Shown here piece after piece: positions 17,049-26,467 of a stretch of 64,000 nt of DNA. The stretch is taken from sequence record KC690136; one strand, written 5' to 3'. The notes beneath the pieces were generated by a model, which saw only the letters and a program-made list of their open reading frames with translations, did no database searches and had not been told where the DNA came from. Source of the DNA: Escherichia phage JES2013. Positions within the stretch are counted from its first letter, which is position 1; each line of letters opens with the position of its first letter. A program made the translations under genes and the position numbers.

Positions 17049-19360
17049 TCACCAAGGTAATTAAAAGCAACGGATGTGAAGTGGCATTCGATCCAGAACG
17101 TTTAAATAAGGCAGCTATTTTCGGTGACGACGGTAACGGCAATTGGTCACACATTGCACTGGATGCATACAAACGACTGTATGATGGATGTACAACCAAA
17201 GAAGTTAACCAAGCTATCATAGACTCCTGTGTTAGCCGTAAAGACGAAGCACATTCCCGTATGGCTGGTCGTGTTCTTATTGGTCAGATTTATAAAGAGG
17301 CTTTTGGAGGGTTTACAAAGATCCCTTCCTTACCATCATTTTACAATACCATGGTTGAGAAAGGGTATTGGGAGGATATGGGATATAGCTTTACCGAGCT
17401 AAACACTTTAGACGCTGTTATTGACCACAGTAAAGATCTCGGTTATGGCTATGCAGTCCTTAAACAGTTTCGCGACAAATACGGGATCAAGGATACTCTT
17501 AAAGACACCTTGTTTGAATCTCCCCAGATGATGTTTATGGGGATAGCAATGGCTGTCATGAAGAATATGCCGAAAGAACGTCGTATCAACGATGTTGTAA
17601 AATTATACACTTATCTGTCCGACTTAAAGATCAATGCCCCAACACCGTACTTAAACGGGCTGCGCACAGGTAAGACAGGGTATGCATCTTGTTGTGTAAT
17701 AAAAGCTGACGATACAGCAAAATCTATTGGTGTGGCACGTGAAGTTGCGTACACAATGACGGTTAACCAAGCAGGTATCGGCTACTATTTATCATCAAGA
17801 TCTGCAGGCGATGGTGTTCGTGGTAACACTATTAAACACATGGGTAAGATTCCATATTATCGAGGTATTGATGCTGGGGTTAAGGAGAACAGACAACAAT
17901 CACGTGGCGGTTCTGCAACAGTATCATTCCTTGCACTAGACCCACAGATTGATGAGCTAATCCGTTTGAGAAACCCTATGACTGTTGCTTCAAAAAGAAT
18001 CAACACCATGGACTACTCTATAGGTATTAACAGGTCGTTTATCAACCGTGTGGCTAAGAATTTAGATTGGATGCTTGTTTCTTATAAGCACGCGCCTCAA
18101 CTGCATGAAGGTATCTTCACCATGTCTATGGAGGAGTTTGATGCAGAGGTTGATCGTATCGCTAAAGATGACAGTATTCCTAAAACATGGATCCGAGCTA
18201 GAGATCTTGCTGTTGAGCTGATCACGCAGCGTACCGAAGTGGGAAGGCTGTACGTATACTGGACAGATGAGATGAATAGACATACACCTTTTAAAGATGT
18301 GATCTATTCAAGTAACCTGTGTGCAGAAATAGCCCTCCCGACAAAAGGCTATTCAGATATGCGTAATATCTTCAAGTACGATGTTGATGATGGTGAGGTT
18401 GCATTGTGCTTCCTGTCATCTCTTGTAGCTGGAAGGGTTACCCCAGAGGAGTATGAGGATGTTGCATACTATACGGTGCTTATGATTGACAATGTTATGG
18501 AAATCATGACATATCCATATGAAAATATGGAGAGCACTGTTAAAAAACGCAGATCCATCGGGGTTGGCCTTACCAATGTTGCACATTTTATTGCCAGCCA
18601 CAAGGTTACTTACGGATCTCCTGAAAGTAAACAGCTTGTTCACGATCTTGCAGAACTTCACAGCTACAGCTTGCATAAGGCAAGTTTACGGTTGGCAAAA
18701 GAGCGTGGTGTCTGCGAGTGGATGCATAAAACAAAATATCCAGAAGGTTGGTTACCAATCGACACCTATAACAAAGAGGTAGATAGCGTGGTGAAAGATC
18801 CTTCTCTTAAACAGGATTGGGAAGGGTTACGTAAAGAAATCATTGAAAATGGTGGGCTACGTAATAGCGTTCTTGAAGCATATATGCCTAATGAAAGCTC
18901 TTCGCTGGCAACAAACACCACTAATGGGGTTTATCCTGTCCGTGAGCACATCATCTTTAAAAAATCGCCACAAGGGCAGGTGCTGTTTATCGTTCCTGAC
19001 TATGATGAGTTGAAAGAGTATTACACCTCGGCTTGGGACGTTGATACTAACGACATGATCGATATGTATGCTGTGATTCAAAAATTCACAGGTCAGGCAA
19101 TCAGCGCGGATTTATACATAGACTACACCAAGTTGAAAGATGGTAAAATTTCAATGAAGGAGCAGCTAGGGTACCTTATCCGTGCCACTAAATTTGGGAT
19201 GAAGACATGGTATTATTTAAACTCTAGGGTTGGTGCTGGTGACTCCTTGGCAGAGGAACTTCATGCCAAGAAACAGGCTGAAGATGAAACCAGAAAGAAC
19301 TACCCTTTGATTGCAGATAGTTCAGTTGAAGATCCGTATTGCGAAAGCTGTGCACTATAA
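17045..19360 (+). CDS. nrdA: Ribonucleoside-diphosphate reductase class Ia alpha subunit
   Basis: 771 aa; ATP-cone-like N-terminus; NLCAEI active-site region; C-terminal CESC; followed by nrdB. Confidence 0.9.
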   Translation: MITKVIKSNGCEVAFDPERLNKAAIFGDDGNGNWSHIALDAYKRLYDGCTTKEVNQAIIDSCVSRKDEAHSRMAGRVLIGQIYKEAFGGFTKIPSLPSFYNTMVEKGYWEDMGYSFTELNTLDAVIDHSKDLGYGYAVLKQFRDKYGIKDTLKDTLFESPQMMFMGIAMAVMKNMPKERRINDVVKLYTYLSDLKINAPTPYLNGLRTGKTGYASCCVIKADDTAKSIGVAREVAYTMTVNQAGIGYYLSSRSAGDGVRGNTIKHMGKIPYYRGIDAGVKENRQQSRGGSATVSFLALDPQIDELIRLRNPMTVASKRINTMDYSIGINRSFINRVAKNLDWMLVSYKHAPQLHEGIFTMSMEEFDAEVDRIAKDDSIPKTWIRARDLAVELITQRTEVGRLYVYWTDEMNRHTPFKDVIYSSNLCAEIALPTKGYSDMRNIFKYDVDDGEVALCFLSSLVAGRVTPEEYEDVAYYTVLMIDNVMEIMTYPYENMESTVKKRRSIGVGLTNVAHFIASHKVTYGSPESKQLVHDLAELHSYSLHKASLRLAKERGVCEWMHKTKYPEGWLPIDTYNKEVDSVVKDPSLKQDWEGLRKEIIENGGLRNSVLEAYMPNESSSLATNTTNGVYPVREHIIFKKSPQGQVLFIVPDYDELKEYYTSAWDVDTNDMIDMYAVIQKFTGQAISADLYIDYTKLKDGKISMKEQLGYLIRATKFGMKTWYYLNSRVGAGDSLAEELHAKKQAEDETRKNYPLIADSSVEDPYCESCAL

Positions 19361-19398
19361 TTTTAAAGGGGCTTCGGCCCCATTTTAGAGGTAGAATA

Positions 19399-20487
19399 AT
19401 GGCTGTATTTAATGCTGAGAACACCGCTCATAAAACTGGTGACTATCCGCTGTTTCTGGGACAGCAAATGGGTATGTACGACTCTATCAACAAAAAATAT
19501 CCACAACTGTTCGAACTGTACAAAAAACAAAAAGAACAAGACTGGGCAGAGGATGAAGTGGATTTGTCGCAATCTATTTCAGATTTTGTAACATGCTCCA
19601 AGTCAACTTATGATGTGATGGTGCAGACCTTGATGTGGCAATGGGAGGCTGATAGCGTTGCGGCAAGATCGATCATCTGCCTCTTTTCACCATTCATCAC
19701 TAATAGTGAGCTTTTCACTCTATTGATGAAACAGTCAGAGATTGAAGTTCTTCACGCACTAACTTACTCAGAGATTGTTAGACAATGCCTCCCCAATGCC
19801 CGTGAGATTATAGAAGAGATTCAGGAAAACCAAAACGTTCTGAGCAGATCTGGCGTTATTGTCAAATACATGCAAGAGCTTGAGGTTATTGGTGCAAAAT
19901 ACCGACTGGATCCTTCTAGTGTTGAAGAAGATATTGTGCGGAAATGCATTCTTAGAGCGCTTTTTGCACTTTTAGCCCTGGAAAGTATTGAGTTTATTGC
20001 AAGTTTTGCATGCACTTTCGCAGTAGCTGAACAGGGTATTTTTGTTCAGGTGGCGCAGCTTGTTCAAAAAATCATGCTTGACGAAATGCTACATTCGAAA
20101 GGTGATTTTGCCATCATTGATATCCTGCTTAATGATCCGGCATGGGAGAAAAGCTTCCTTGAGATAAAAGGGGAGTTAAAAGAGATTCTTGATGAAGTAC
20201 GAACCAAAGAGTACGGTTGGAGTGACTATATTTTCAGCGAAGGAAGAGCGATTATAGGTCTTAACTCACCGTTGCTTAAAGAATGGGTTGACTATAACTG
20301 CTCACCGATTTATGATTACTACGGCATCGACAAAGACTTTGTGCCGCCAACAAAGGACCCTCTACCGTTTATGCAGGTGTGGATGAAACCTTCATTGCAA
20401 CAGACGGCGAACCAAGAAATGTCGAACACTGACTACCGCGTCAACACAACTGTTAATGACGCTGAAGAAGAAATTTGGGAGTTTTAA
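19399..20487 (+). CDS. nrdB: Ribonucleoside-diphosphate reductase class Ia beta subunit
   Basis: Ferritin-like di-iron helices; start refined to ATG after stem-loop GGGGC-ttcg-GCCCC and GAGG SD. Confidence 0.85.
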   Translation: MAVFNAENTAHKTGDYPLFLGQQMGMYDSINKKYPQLFELYKKQKEQDWAEDEVDLSQSISDFVTCSKSTYDVMVQTLMWQWEADSVAARSIICLFSPFITNSELFTLLMKQSEIEVLHALTYSEIVRQCLPNAREIIEEIQENQNVLSRSGVIVKYMQELEVIGAKYRLDPSSVEEDIVRKCILRALFALLALESIEFIASFACTFAVAEQGIFVQVAQLVQKIMLDEMLHSKGDFAIIDILLNDPAWEKSFLEIKGELKEILDEVRTKEYGWSDYIFSEGRAIIGLNSPLLKEWVDYNCSPIYDYYGIDKDFVPPTKDPLPFMQVWMKPSLQQTANQEMSNTDYRVNTTVNDAEEEIWEF

Positions 20488-20490
20488 TAC

Positions 20491-20769
20491 ATGAGCTGTG
20501 AAAAATCTTTTTTCTTTATTATTTACGGTAAAGATAACTGCCCACATTGTGTAAGAGCAAAAGAATTTGCAGTCAGTAAAGGTCTGCCTTTTGTATATAA
20601 GACACTTGGCGAGGGTTACACAAAAGAAGAGCTTATCGAGAAGTGCAGTCCAATCGTACCCAGAACGTTGCCGCAGATCTTCTTAGAAAGCAATCTTGAA
20701 AGTGTCCATATAGGCGGTGCCGACGATTTCATCTCTTTTGTTAAGAATGGTTTTGGAGAGAAAAAGTGA
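20491..20769 (+). CDS. Glutaredoxin/NrdH-like redoxin
   Basis: CPHC active site in IIYGKDNCPHCVRAKEF; sits between aerobic and anaerobic RNR genes. Confidence 0.7.
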   Translation: MSCEKSFFFIIYGKDNCPHCVRAKEFAVSKGLPFVYKTLGEGYTKEELIEKCSPIVPRTLPQIFLESNLESVHIGGADDFISFVKNGFGEKK

Positions 20770-22889
20770 AAGTTGTAAAACGGGACGGTAGAGAAGAGGT
20801 CTATAACGGAATTAAGGTGATCAAGGCGGCAGAGTCCGCCTTACTTGAGTCTGGACATACTGAAGAAGAAGCTTACCGGATCGCCTGCGCGGTTAATGAA
20901 GTTGTTGCTAACAATCTACCAACCGACCAGTGCACGATCTCTGTAAAAAATATCCATATCCTTGTTGAAGACGCTCTTATGGATATGGGTTTAAAATGTG
21001 CAGCCAGAGAATACATCCAGTATAGGCAGACAAGAGATAATAACAGAGAGGCAGGTGGAAAACTGCTTGCAGATATTAGTGGCTTCTTGGATCGCACTTG
21101 TGATGAATTTACAAAAGAAAACGCAAATAAGCCTACCAATCATGTACACACTCATCGTGACCTGCTTGCAGGCATCCTTAGCAAACACCTTGCATCAACA
21201 CAGATCCTGCCAGACCGTGTCTCAGAAGAGCACAATAAAGGCTTCATCCATGTGCATGATCTTGACTACTTGATCAGTCCGTTAACAAACTGTTGTTTGG
21301 TAAATTATCCAGATATGTTGGAAAACGGATTCAACATTGGCAACGCCCATGTCAGTAAGCCGAAGTCAATAGGGGTTGCAACAACAATCCTTAGCCAAAT
21401 CTCTAGTGCAGTAGCTAGTGCTCAATATGGAGGTCAGACTATGAGCCATATTGATCATTATCTGGCACAGTATGCTGAGGCGACCTATGAGAAGAATCTT
21501 AAATTTTGCCAGGAACACTGGTTGCCAGATGCTGAGACTGTTGCAATGCAAATGACAGATAAAGACGTATTTGACAGCATGCAGACTTTGCTCTATCAAA
21601 TCAATACGTTAACCTCTGTCAACGGGCAAACTCCATTCATCACATTAAGTTTAGGACTGGATACCTCGGTCTTTGGTAGAATGATTACCAAAAACTACTT
21701 GAAAGTCCACAAAATGGGTCTTGGTGAAGAACGTATCACACCTGTGTTCCCTAAAGTGCTGTTCTTCCTAGAAGAGGGTGTCAACATGAGCCCTGGAGAT
21801 CCCAACTATGATTTGAAACGATTAGCTCTGGAATGCTCTGCAGAGCGGATTTATCCTGACTTTGTTTCTGTTCCACTAAATCGTAAAGTGACAGGCTCGA
21901 CAGATGGCAAAGTAACGAGCATGGGTTGCCGGAGTTTTCTTAGCAAATACAATGACTTGGAAACAGGCGAGGAGAAATACCTTGGTAGATTTAACTTAGG
22001 CGTTGTTAGCCTTAACCTGCCAATGATTGCGGCAAAAGCTAAAACGGAAGGTGTTGATTTCTTTGCAGTTCTTGACGAATACCTGGATCTTGCATACGAG
22101 GCTCACCTTGTAAGGGTTAACCGTCTAAAAGGAACAAAGGCAGGGCAGAACCCTATCATGTGGTGTGAAGGCGCTCTTGCTCGCCTGGATCCTGAAGAGA
22201 GTATTGATAAACTCTTCTATGACGGGTACGCTTCCATCAGTATTGGGTATATTGGTGTGTATGAAACCTGTCAGATTTTGGGCAGGGAGGGTGACAAGGC
22301 TTTAGCTCTTGGAATACTCCAGCACATGAGAGATGCTTGTGAGCGATACAAGAAGGAAAGTAGACTAGCGTTTAGCTTGTACGGCACCCCTTCTGAGAGT
22401 CTATGCTATAAAGCTGCAACCTGTCTGGATCGTGAATATCCTGAAGTGTTGAAGCATGAGCATGAATACCTCACCAACAGTTTCCATCAGCCAGTATGGA
22501 TAAATAGCTCTCCTTTTGATAAGTGGGAATACGAGGAAGGTTTTGCTATGATCTCCTCTGGTGGCAACATCGGATACGTAGAGACACCAAATCTGAAAAA
22601 CAACTTAGATGCTTTAGAGGCTCTTGTTGACTTCGGGTATAAACACATTATGTATTTTGGTATCAACCAGCCTGTGGATAAATGTCTTAAGTGTGGTTTC
22701 TCTGGTGAGTTCAGTGCAACAGCTAAGGGATTCGTATGCCCGGAGTGTGGAAACCATGAAGAGGGAACGATCAGTGTGATCAGACGTGTATCCGGGTACC
22801 TGTCTAGTCCAAACTCCCGTCCTTACAATAAAGGTAAGCAAGCGGAAGTTATAGAACGGGTTAAGCACTACGGAAGTTGTGGTTGCTGA
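20766..22889 (+). CDS. nrdD: Anaerobic ribonucleoside-triphosphate reductase
   Basis: 707 aa; C-terminal glycyl-radical-like RRVSGYL and zinc ribbon CLKCGF...CPECGN; followed by activase. Confidence 0.85.
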   Translation: MKVVKRDGREEVYNGIKVIKAAESALLESGHTEEEAYRIACAVNEVVANNLPTDQCTISVKNIHILVEDALMDMGLKCAAREYIQYRQTRDNNREAGGKLLADISGFLDRTCDEFTKENANKPTNHVHTHRDLLAGILSKHLASTQILPDRVSEEHNKGFIHVHDLDYLISPLTNCCLVNYPDMLENGFNIGNAHVSKPKSIGVATTILSQISSAVASAQYGGQTMSHIDHYLAQYAEATYEKNLKFCQEHWLPDAETVAMQMTDKDVFDSMQTLLYQINTLTSVNGQTPFITLSLGLDTSVFGRMITKNYLKVHKMGLGEERITPVFPKVLFFLEEGVNMSPGDPNYDLKRLALECSAERIYPDFVSVPLNRKVTGSTDGKVTSMGCRSFLSKYNDLETGEEKYLGRFNLGVVSLNLPMIAAKAKTEGVDFFAVLDEYLDLAYEAHLVRVNRLKGTKAGQNPIMWCEGALARLDPEESIDKLFYDGYASISIGYIGVYETCQILGREGDKALALGILQHMRDACERYKKESRLAFSLYGTPSESLCYKAATCLDREYPEVLKHEHEYLTNSFHQPVWINSSPFDKWEYEEGFAMISSGGNIGYVETPNLKNNLDALEALVDFGYKHIMYFGINQPVDKCLKCGFSGEFSATAKGFVCPECGNHEEGTISVIRRVSGYLSSPNSRPYNKGKQAEVIERVKHYGSCGC

Positions 22890-22893
22890 TACT

Positions 22894-22925
22894 TGACAAA
22901 AGCCACAAGGATGTGGCATATTATT
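22894..22925 (+). promoter_or_regulatory. Promoter-like TTGACA followed by hairpin GCCACA-agga-TGTGGC and TATTAT
   Basis: Consensus -35; spacer about 19 nt; palindrome shared with element at 29863-29879. Confidence 0.4.
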
Positions 22926-22949
22926 GACACACAGTGAGCTAGGAGGTAC

Positions 22950-23069
22950 AGTATGTCTACAGGTATTTATAAAATTTGCAAGTGTGGTTGTCGTTGCAAT
23001 CTTCGTTGGTGCAAGGCACTGGACGATTTTATTTGGCATTGCCCTAAATGTGATGCGGAGTATCTATGA
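22950..23069 (+). CDS. Small cysteine-rich (zinc-ribbon-like) protein
   Basis: 39-aa ORF MSTGIYKICKCGCRCNLRWCKALDDFIWHCPKCDAEYL; AGGAGG SD; stop overlaps nrdG start. Confidence 0.35.
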   Translation, partial: SMSTGIYKICKCGCRCNLRWCKALDDFIWHCPKCDAEYL

Positions 23070-23539
23070 ATATTGCCGGATACACAGAAATATCTTACAC
23101 CGAAGGGCCAGGTATTAGAACTGCCTTATGGGTATCTGGGTGCCCACACGCTTGCCCTGGTTGCTTTAATCAGGCATTTTGGTCAAAAGATAAGGGGAGA
23201 GAGTTTACTGAAGAAGACTTGCAAAAAATCTTGTCAGATTTAGATAACCCGTCTGTGTGCGGTATCTCTCTGCTGGGTGGAGAACCCTTAGCATACTATA
23301 ATGAGCCAGATATTATTAGCCTGATGGAGAAAATTAAGGAAAAATTTGGTGACAAGAAAACTATTCTTGTATATACTGGGTTCACATTTGACCATATCTC
23401 TAGTGATGTTCTTAAACTGGCTGATATCATCATTGACGGTAAGTATGTAAAAGATTTACCAACCAAGAAACCGTTCCGAGGCAGTGATAACCAAAGAATG
23501 TTTAAAAAAGTATCAGGCGGTTGGGTCCAGGTAGACTAG
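23066..23539 (+). CDS. nrdG: Anaerobic RNR activating protein (radical SAM)
   Basis: CPHACPGC matches radical-SAM CxxxCxxC; directly downstream of nrdD. Confidence 0.85.
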   Translation: MNIAGYTEISYTEGPGIRTALWVSGCPHACPGCFNQAFWSKDKGREFTEEDLQKILSDLDNPSVCGISLLGGEPLAYYNEPDIISLMEKIKEKFGDKKTILVYTGFTFDHISSDVLKLADIIIDGKYVKDLPTKKPFRGSDNQRMFKKVSGGWVQVD

Positions 23540-23543
23540 CTGT

Positions 23544-23572
23544 TGACAAAGCTTTGTTTAGATAGGTATAAT
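23544..23572 (+). promoter_or_regulatory. Sigma70-like promoter TTGACA-N17-TATAAT
   Basis: Consensus -35 and -10. Confidence 0.6.
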
Positions 23573-23603
23573 TATCGTAAAATGAAAGCAGAGGAGGTGC
23601 CAA

Positions 23604-23717
23604 ATGGCTAAAAAAGCCTTGAAGAAGGCGTACAAAAAAGAAATTGCGCTTGAGCTCAAGAAAAAACACAAGCGTGAAAAGAAACATCATGAGGATGAAG
23701 AGGGGGTGCAACAGTGA
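23604..23717 (+). CDS. Small lysine-rich protein
   Basis: 37-aa ORF MAKKALKKAYKKEIALELKKKHKREKKHHEDEEGVQQ; GAGGAGG SD; stop overlaps next GTG start. Confidence 0.3.
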   Translation: MAKKALKKAYKKEIALELKKKHKREKKHHEDEEGVQQ

Positions 23718-24064
23718 CACAAGAACGTATCGATTTGGCTAATAAGTTTGTAGATCTCATTTTGCCACGGTTAGTTACTCAACATGCAGACGCTATTTCT
23801 ACTAATCTTGATGGCTTACGCCTAATGCTGAATCGCACAGATGACCCTCGTATTCGGGCTGATTTAGAAGCCTCTGCCAACAAACTGGAAAAGTTCTTGC
23901 AAGTAGACACGCAAGAAGCCTTACACAAGATTATGGTGGAAGGTTTCTCTAAAGAATTTACCATTAAAGAGCTTAAGGAGCTGATCCACCAAGAAGAGAT
24001 GAATATCCGAGTTCAGGCTGTTGCAAGCAGCATGGAAGCGGCTATTGAAAAACTGTTGCAGTAA
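23714..24064 (+). CDS. Hypothetical protein
   Basis: 116-aa ORF, GTG start. Confidence 0.45.
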   Translation: MTQERIDLANKFVDLILPRLVTQHADAISTNLDGLRLMLNRTDDPRIRADLEASANKLEKFLQVDTQEALHKIMVEGFSKEFTIKELKELIHQEEMNIRVQAVASSMEAAIEKLLQ

Positions 24065-24102
24065 AAGTACTTGGCACATCTCAATCTGAAAGGAGTCCCA
24101 AC

Positions 24103-24891
24103 ATGGGTCGAGCTAAAGAAACAAAACGCATGCGTGATGAAGCTAGAGAGGCTCGCAAATCTGATCGCCTGCGTAAGGCTGCTGAGAAATTTGCTGACGA
24201 AAGAGAGCACACCGCTCCAGCTCTCCGACCAATGAATAAGAAGCAGCAAAAGTATCTTGATTATCTAGGGTCACGTAAGATTATCATTGTAAACGGTGTG
24301 TTTGGATCTGGTAAGACATTCATGGCATCTGCCTATGCAGGTGATCTTCTGCGTAAGAACGAGATTGATAAGATCATTGTTGCACGTCCTTACGTTCAGA
24401 CAGGAAAGACTTCAGGATTTAAACCTGGAAATGCAATGCAGAAACTGTGGCCCTATCTTCGAAGCATGATGGACACGATTTGTCGTCGTGTTGGCAAAGG
24501 TGCTTTTGCCGCAATGCTGGGAGACGGTCAGAACAGCCGTATCGAGATTTGTGAGGTTGAAAGCATTCGTGGTCGTAGTTTCGATGAGCGATGCTTTGTC
24601 CTGATTGACGAGGCACAGCAAACTAACCCTGAAGAAATGTTGTCAATTATCACAAGGATCTCTGATCAGGCCACCCTTGTAATTATGGGCGATAATAGCC
24701 AACGTGACATCCCTGGTAAATCTGGCCTTGCATGGGTGACGGATTTCTTTACTCGTCATCCAGATCCTGAGGTTGGAATGATCAGCTTTGATAGTCCAGA
24801 CGATGTTGTTCGTTCCGGGTTGGGTCGTCAGATTGCACTCAATCTTATTGAGGATCGTGCAAATCATATTTGGACCCCTGTTTCCGAGTAA
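24103..24891 (+). CDS. phoH: PhoH-like ATPase
   Basis: Walker A GVFGSGKT, Walker B-like VLIDEAQ, PhoH-like length. Confidence 0.85.
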   Translation: MGRAKETKRMRDEAREARKSDRLRKAAEKFADEREHTAPALRPMNKKQQKYLDYLGSRKIIIVNGVFGSGKTFMASAYAGDLLRKNEIDKIIVARPYVQTGKTSGFKPGNAMQKLWPYLRSMMDTICRRVGKGAFAAMLGDGQNSRIEICEVESIRGRSFDERCFVLIDEAQQTNPEEMLSIITRISDQATLVIMGDNSQRDIPGKSGLAWVTDFFTRHPDPEVGMISFDSPDDVVRSGLGRQIALNLIEDRANHIWTPVSE

Positions 24892-24935
24892 TACAGAAGG
24901 GTGGTTATTCCACCCTTAGATATCTAAAACAGTTG

Positions 24936-24964
24936 TTGACAAACAGGTAAGATTTAGATATTAT
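24936..24964 (+). promoter_or_regulatory. Sigma70-like promoter TTGACA-N17-TATTAT
   Basis: Consensus hexamers; preceded by hairpin AGGGTGG-ttatt-CCACCCT after phoH stop. Confidence 0.6.
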
Positions 24965-24994
24965 TACCGGACAAGACAAGGAGAAGGAGATAGT

Positions 24995-25306
24995 ATGGCT
25001 ACAATACAAGAGAGACTGAATAAAATATACTGCCTGTTTGTCTATAACGGCGAGACAATTTTGGCAAATAAAGGATCCAAGAATGTGTGGATCAAGGACA
25101 GGGGTGGTAATATAATCAACTTAGCGTTGCTACGTGAGCGCCGACACAGATTCTTTATCGAGTCTCGGATTATTGAAAGCAGCACCTGCTACAGAACAGG
25201 CGATAAAGTAATTGTTGACAATGATACGTGGTATGTGGTAGACTGGCAATCATTGAGCTGTGATGCTTCTGACAATCGTAAGTATTCCCTAGTGATTGCT
25301 AAATAA
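24995..25306 (+). CDS. Hypothetical protein
   Basis: 103-aa ORF. Confidence 0.5.
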   Translation: MATIQERLNKIYCLFVYNGETILANKGSKNVWIKDRGGNIINLALLRERRHRFFIESRIIESSTCYRTGDKVIVDNDTWYVVDWQSLSCDASDNRKYSLVIAK

Positions 25307-25366
25307 AGGTAAATGTGAATCAGGTTTAAATAAATAGCTTTCAACTTCCAATATTAAGGATTTCTC

Positions 25367-26416
25367 ATGAATTTAACACCTCGCAGCACCATGGTACACG
25401 GCATGAAAGAAAAACAGAACGGTTTCGAACCTATGAGTAATAAAATGTTTGGTATGCCGGGTGGTATTATGGAAACATACAGCTACCCAACACCTGTTGT
25501 TGACCACGTTCTTTATATCGACGATTTGGAAGACTTACAAGATCATATGTCTCGTCTGCAGACGATCCGTATGGCTCAGCCGGAAGAAAGCATTCGGGTG
25601 ATCATCAATAGCCCTGGGGGTTGCGTGCACATTGCAATGGCTTATCTGCAGGCATTCCGCGAGTCTCAGGCAAGCGTTGTTGCACATGCTGAAGGGATGT
25701 GCTGCTCTGCTGGAACAATCTTATGGCTTGGTTGTAAAGAACGTACTGTGGCTCCGGACACAGAGTTTATGTTCCACTACTATCAAGGTGGCACTTATGG
25801 TAACGGTGTGAACATGAATACTCAGGTCAGCTACTGGAAAAAACGTTTTGAACGCCTGATCGAAAAATACTACGGTGGGGTGCTGACAGAAGATGAGATC
25901 GCATCCATCACAGCTGGTGGCGAAGTGTGGTTGGACGGAGAAGAGCTGGCAGCACGCACTGGAGCTATTATTCTGGATGAAGGCAACATACAACGCATCC
26001 AGAACGGACAAAAACCGAAAAAGCTTCTGGCAAAAGGTGATGAAGAAGGCGTGTTAGGTGAAGCAGGTCTTCCGGAGATTCACCAGTGCACATCTTTAGA
26101 TGAGTTAGTTCATGCTGTTGAATCTGCAAAAGCGGGTGGTTCGAAAGGTGATGTTCACACTGTGTTCCTGAATCTGCAGATGGAAAGTGGCGAGACCGTC
26201 AGAATTGCCCTGGGTGAGATTACTTCAGAAGATCTGCAGAGATTCTCTGTCGTTGAACTTCAGGATATTCTGTCTCAATTGAAGACTACTCTGAACGGCG
26301 GTGAAGAGGTTAAGGTGAAAGATAAGACGCGCAAGCGTCTGGTGGACAATATTATTAAAACAGCAAAAGAGCTCAATGAAAAAATCCTGGGTGCAGGAAT
26401 TGTCGAAGAAGCTTAA
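25367..26416 (+). CDS. ClpP/S14-family serine peptidase-like protein with C-terminal extension
   Basis: INSPGG, GMCCSAGTIL (active-site Ser region) and MFHYYQGG (His region) parallel ClpP. Confidence 0.6.
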   Translation: MNLTPRSTMVHGMKEKQNGFEPMSNKMFGMPGGIMETYSYPTPVVDHVLYIDDLEDLQDHMSRLQTIRMAQPEESIRVIINSPGGCVHIAMAYLQAFRESQASVVAHAEGMCCSAGTILWLGCKERTVAPDTEFMFHYYQGGTYGNGVNMNTQVSYWKKRFERLIEKYYGGVLTEDEIASITAGGEVWLDGEELAARTGAIILDEGNIQRIQNGQKPKKLLAKGDEEGVLGEAGLPEIHQCTSLDELVHAVESAKAGGSKGDVHTVFLNLQMESGETVRIALGEITSEDLQRFSVVELQDILSQLKTTLNGGEEVKVKDKTRKRLVDNIIKTAKELNEKILGAGIVEEA

Positions 26417-26427
26417 ACATTAATTCT

Positions 26428-26450
26428 AAAGCCCTCTTCGGAGGGCTTTT
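26428..26450 (+). terminator. Rho-independent terminator AAAGCCCTC-ttcg-GAGGGCTTTT
   Basis: Perfect stem with tetraloop and T tract after peptidase stop. Confidence 0.7.
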
Positions 26451-26467
26451 ATGATCTGGAGATTTGC

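Noticed and set aside
22924-23118. Track ORF of 64 aa between nrdD and nrdG
   Set aside because: It overlaps the nrdG start in another frame and lacks an SD; the co-located Cys-rich sORF with AGGAGG is the better candidate
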